NCBI GenBank assembly: GCA_036172245.1
Contig: JAYWIR010000007.1
Span: 124,001-188,000 of the forward strand
Direction: 5' to 3'
DNA: 64,000 bases
Source: Raillietiella orientalis
Taxonomy: Eukaryota
The notes beneath the pieces were generated by a model. That model had not been told where the DNA came from. It did not search any database and was given only the letters and a program-made list of their open reading frames with translations. Positions 61,520 through 64,000 of the stretch are shown piece after piece; positions within the stretch are counted from its first letter, which is position 1; every line of letters begins with the position of its first letter. Made by a program: the position numbers and the translations under genes.

Positions 61520-63311
61520 GGCCTGCCCGAGCCCCTGCCCGGAAATTCCGGCCGTGGACGCCTATGCTGACGACTTCTCCTGCTGCTGCCCATGTCCACC
61601 CCGGCGTCCGGGCTTGAAGATTTCTTCGAGCTCATTCGTCGGGGAGAGGGCCTGAGCATCAACAGGACGAAATCAACCGTTGTACCGGTTGGCTCTACCT
61701 GGGAGGGGCAGTCCGACTGAATCCGCCTGGGGATCCCCACGGGCAGGTGCTTGAAGTACCTCGGCGTTCCCTTGGGCGCCTTCTGTCCAGCAGAAGCGTG
61801 GTCGGACTGCCTTCACAAGGCCGAGACTGCTCTGGGCCCGTTCCATGGTGGCAGGTTTCTCCTGTCGGAACGGGCCTTAGTGTGGAACATTTTCGTCGCC
61901 TCCCTCCTCTGTACCCTCTTTTTTGTTTGTCCCCCTCCCTACTCGGCTCAGCGCCGGGCGCAACGTCTGTTGCGAAACGCCTTGTGGGGGTCGGCGAGGT
62001 CCAGGATCCGCCTCAAGGACTTGGCGGTTCCTCGGCGGGATGCCGGGATGGGCATCTGACTCTGGAGCGAATCGGACTGCTAGTGCAGTTCCGCATGCGC
62101 CCAGCTTTGGATCACTCCCTGGTGTGCTCCAGCGCGGCTGCTGCTGCGGCGCTGCACGGGTGGCGACGGACTGCGTTCGTTGCACCTGCGCACGCAGCGC
62201 GTCTTGAGAGGATTCGGCTTCCCTCTGAAGCAGCTCCTCTTGCTTCTGGGAACGCATTCGTGGATCTCCTGCCGGCCAACGAACCTCAACGCCTGGAGGC
62301 AGGAAGCCTTATCGTCCTGGGCAGCGCAACAGGATGTGTCCCGTTTGGAACTCCGTTGCGTGAACCCTTCCTCATACTGTCCAGTGGGAGAGGTGTTGGA
62401 AGACCAGGACCAGTGGACACGCCCAGCAGCTACGACTCTTGCCGCAGCACTGTCTGCCCTGATGGTGCGAGACGACAGTGTCCTACCGGCGAGGTGGGAG
62501 GTCGCTTGCGCTATCGCAGGCGAAACTTGACTTCTGGGCGGCCTGAGAACTTGCGAGCTGCCAGACGCTGCCACCCCTCGCCTTCGTGTCAATGGGCTTC
62601 TCCGGTGGAGTGAGCTCCTCGGGGGGCACCCCGAGGAACTTGTGGTCCCTTCTGCGTGCTTGGACGCGACTCTCTTCCCCCTTTGGTGGAAACAGGACGC
62701 TTTTCTGCTGGTGCATTGGGGTCTGTGCTGCAACCAGCGCGCGCACCTGGTTTCCGGGGGGGTTGCTTCCCCGAACTGTGCCCAATGCGGAGCGGTTGAA
62801 TCGCTTCCGCATTTGCTATTTGAATGCGGTGCCCTCCAGGAGCTGTGGCGGCGGCTGTCTTCAGCGCTCCTGCACCCCACAGTGGATTGGATGCGCCGCT
62901 TCTTCACGCGTGGCGGTCTTTCTCTTATAGCGGTCGTCGCAATCATTTGCTGCGTCCGCGCCACTGTCAGGGCCCGCCACGTATTGCAGATGCGAGCACT
63001 CCCAACATCGGTCCCCGACACCGCAGCCTGCAACCTGCAAATGGCTGCCGGGTGGCCACACCTTGAAGCAGAAGTGAGGACGGAGATTGCCGGCATTCAC
63101 CGCCGGTTCTGAGAATAGGAACGGTTGGACTGCATACACCTATCCCCACCCTCCCACCCTATTTATTTATTTATTGTCCCCTCCCACCCGTTCCGAACTC
63201 TCAGTGTGCCCGGCCTGCGTACCGGGAACCCTCTTCCCCATCTTCTGTTCCCCTTGCCTGGGAACACAGTTCCCAGATGATATTATTAATAAACGACCCG
63301 GCGCAACCGGG
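61520..63311 (+). mobile_element. Family B LINE, 5'-truncated (RT C-terminal part to 3' end)
   Basis: YADD, PMSTPAS, KYLGVPLG, CAQCGAVESLPHLLFEC, stop at 63112, AATAAA plus CCCGG hairpin 63288-63311. Confidence 0.9.
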
Positions 63312-63334
63312 AAACAAACGACGACGCTGCATTC

Positions 63335-64000
63335 ATAATCTCGCTACCCTCGCGAGTTTCCTTTCAAGTCGACGTTCTTTCTTCGACTTTTTTTTTGATG
63401 TTGTTGCCTGCCATCCAGGCTCCTGGCCGTTTCCCTCGACCTTGTCGGCGGTGTTTGCCGGGTCTCGGGTGCGGCCTGCGAATTGGGCGCGGGCGGTACA
63501 GCTTTCGCGGCAGCTTTCGCCGCCACCGTTTTTTGCAACAGCCAGACGCGTTTCCTGAGCTTCCTTGCGGACGCCACGCGCACGGCTGCTTTTGGGCACA
63601 CCTCTCGCGTGTGGCTCATTGTGCTGCATACTTGGCACGGCACGTTGGGGCACCTATTTTTGAGGTGGCCCGACGTATTGCAGAAGCCACAGTATTTCGG
63701 CTTCCCCACATAGCAGAGGTCGACGGTTTCGCCGCGGACCACCAGTTTGTAGGGAAGAGAACAGCCCTCCCGGACGGTGACGCGTGTAGCCGTGAGGCCG
63801 CATTGCAGTCCAGTATAGTCCACTAAAGCACTAGGCTTGGACCACATTGCATGAACCGTTCCATATTGCTCCAGCTTAGCACGTACGGCTTCCCGACGCA
63901 TCCGCGCTGTCACTGCTAATAGGTGGACAACCATACTACGGTCCACCGTAATGGTAAGGAGCCTGCGTGTCCCCATCACCACGAATGTTTTGAGCTGACG
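63335..64000 (-). mobile_element. LINE ORF1 fragment (continues beyond window)
   Basis: LEQYGTV, KLVVRGETVDLCYVG, CGFCNTSGHLKNRC, CQVCSTMSHTREVC. Confidence 0.85.

Noticed and set aside
1..64000. CRISPR array, rRNA/tRNA, bacterial operon or prokaryotic RT system
   Set aside because: No regularly spaced repeats or RNA-gene signatures were seen. The RTs are APE-linked eukaryotic LINEs or a Gypsy remnant, and the only bacterial-type sequence is the 285-nt dnaE piece.

Overview
Eukaryotic nuclear DNA, most likely arthropod. That assignment is an inference from SmydA/msta-type genes, spliceosomal introns and a Wolbachia-like insert; the species cannot be determined. Most short ORFs in the supplied track are GC-rich noise. 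Host genes are two intronless-CDS MYND+SET (SMYD/msta-like) paralogs inside a ~9.6 kb direct segmental duplication (1433-11048 / 30023-39654, initial offset 28,590), an inverted MYND-only third copy (46741-47319), and a divergent multi-exon DRC3/LRRC48-like gene (~20892-27164) with a U12-type intron. The rest is largely decayed mobile DNA: two or more L1/Tx1-like LINE families, an I/Jockey-like remnant, a Gypsy remnant, a deleted piggyBac and an unclassified hairpin-rich interspersed repeat. Four observations stand out. (1) A Rickettsiales/Wolbachia-like dnaE fragment is split at a TTAA site by a piggyBac and rejoins in frame when the element is removed. (2) A 2.1 kb inversion inside a LINE RT is bounded by a 12-bp inverted duplication. 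(3) An island of strong divergence is confined to the SMYD C-terminus within otherwise near-identical duplicates. (4) A covarying two-hairpin LINE 3' end has no poly(A) tail. I found no rRNA, tRNA, CRISPR array or convincing novel multi-gene system. All family assignments come from motif recognition by eye, not database searches.
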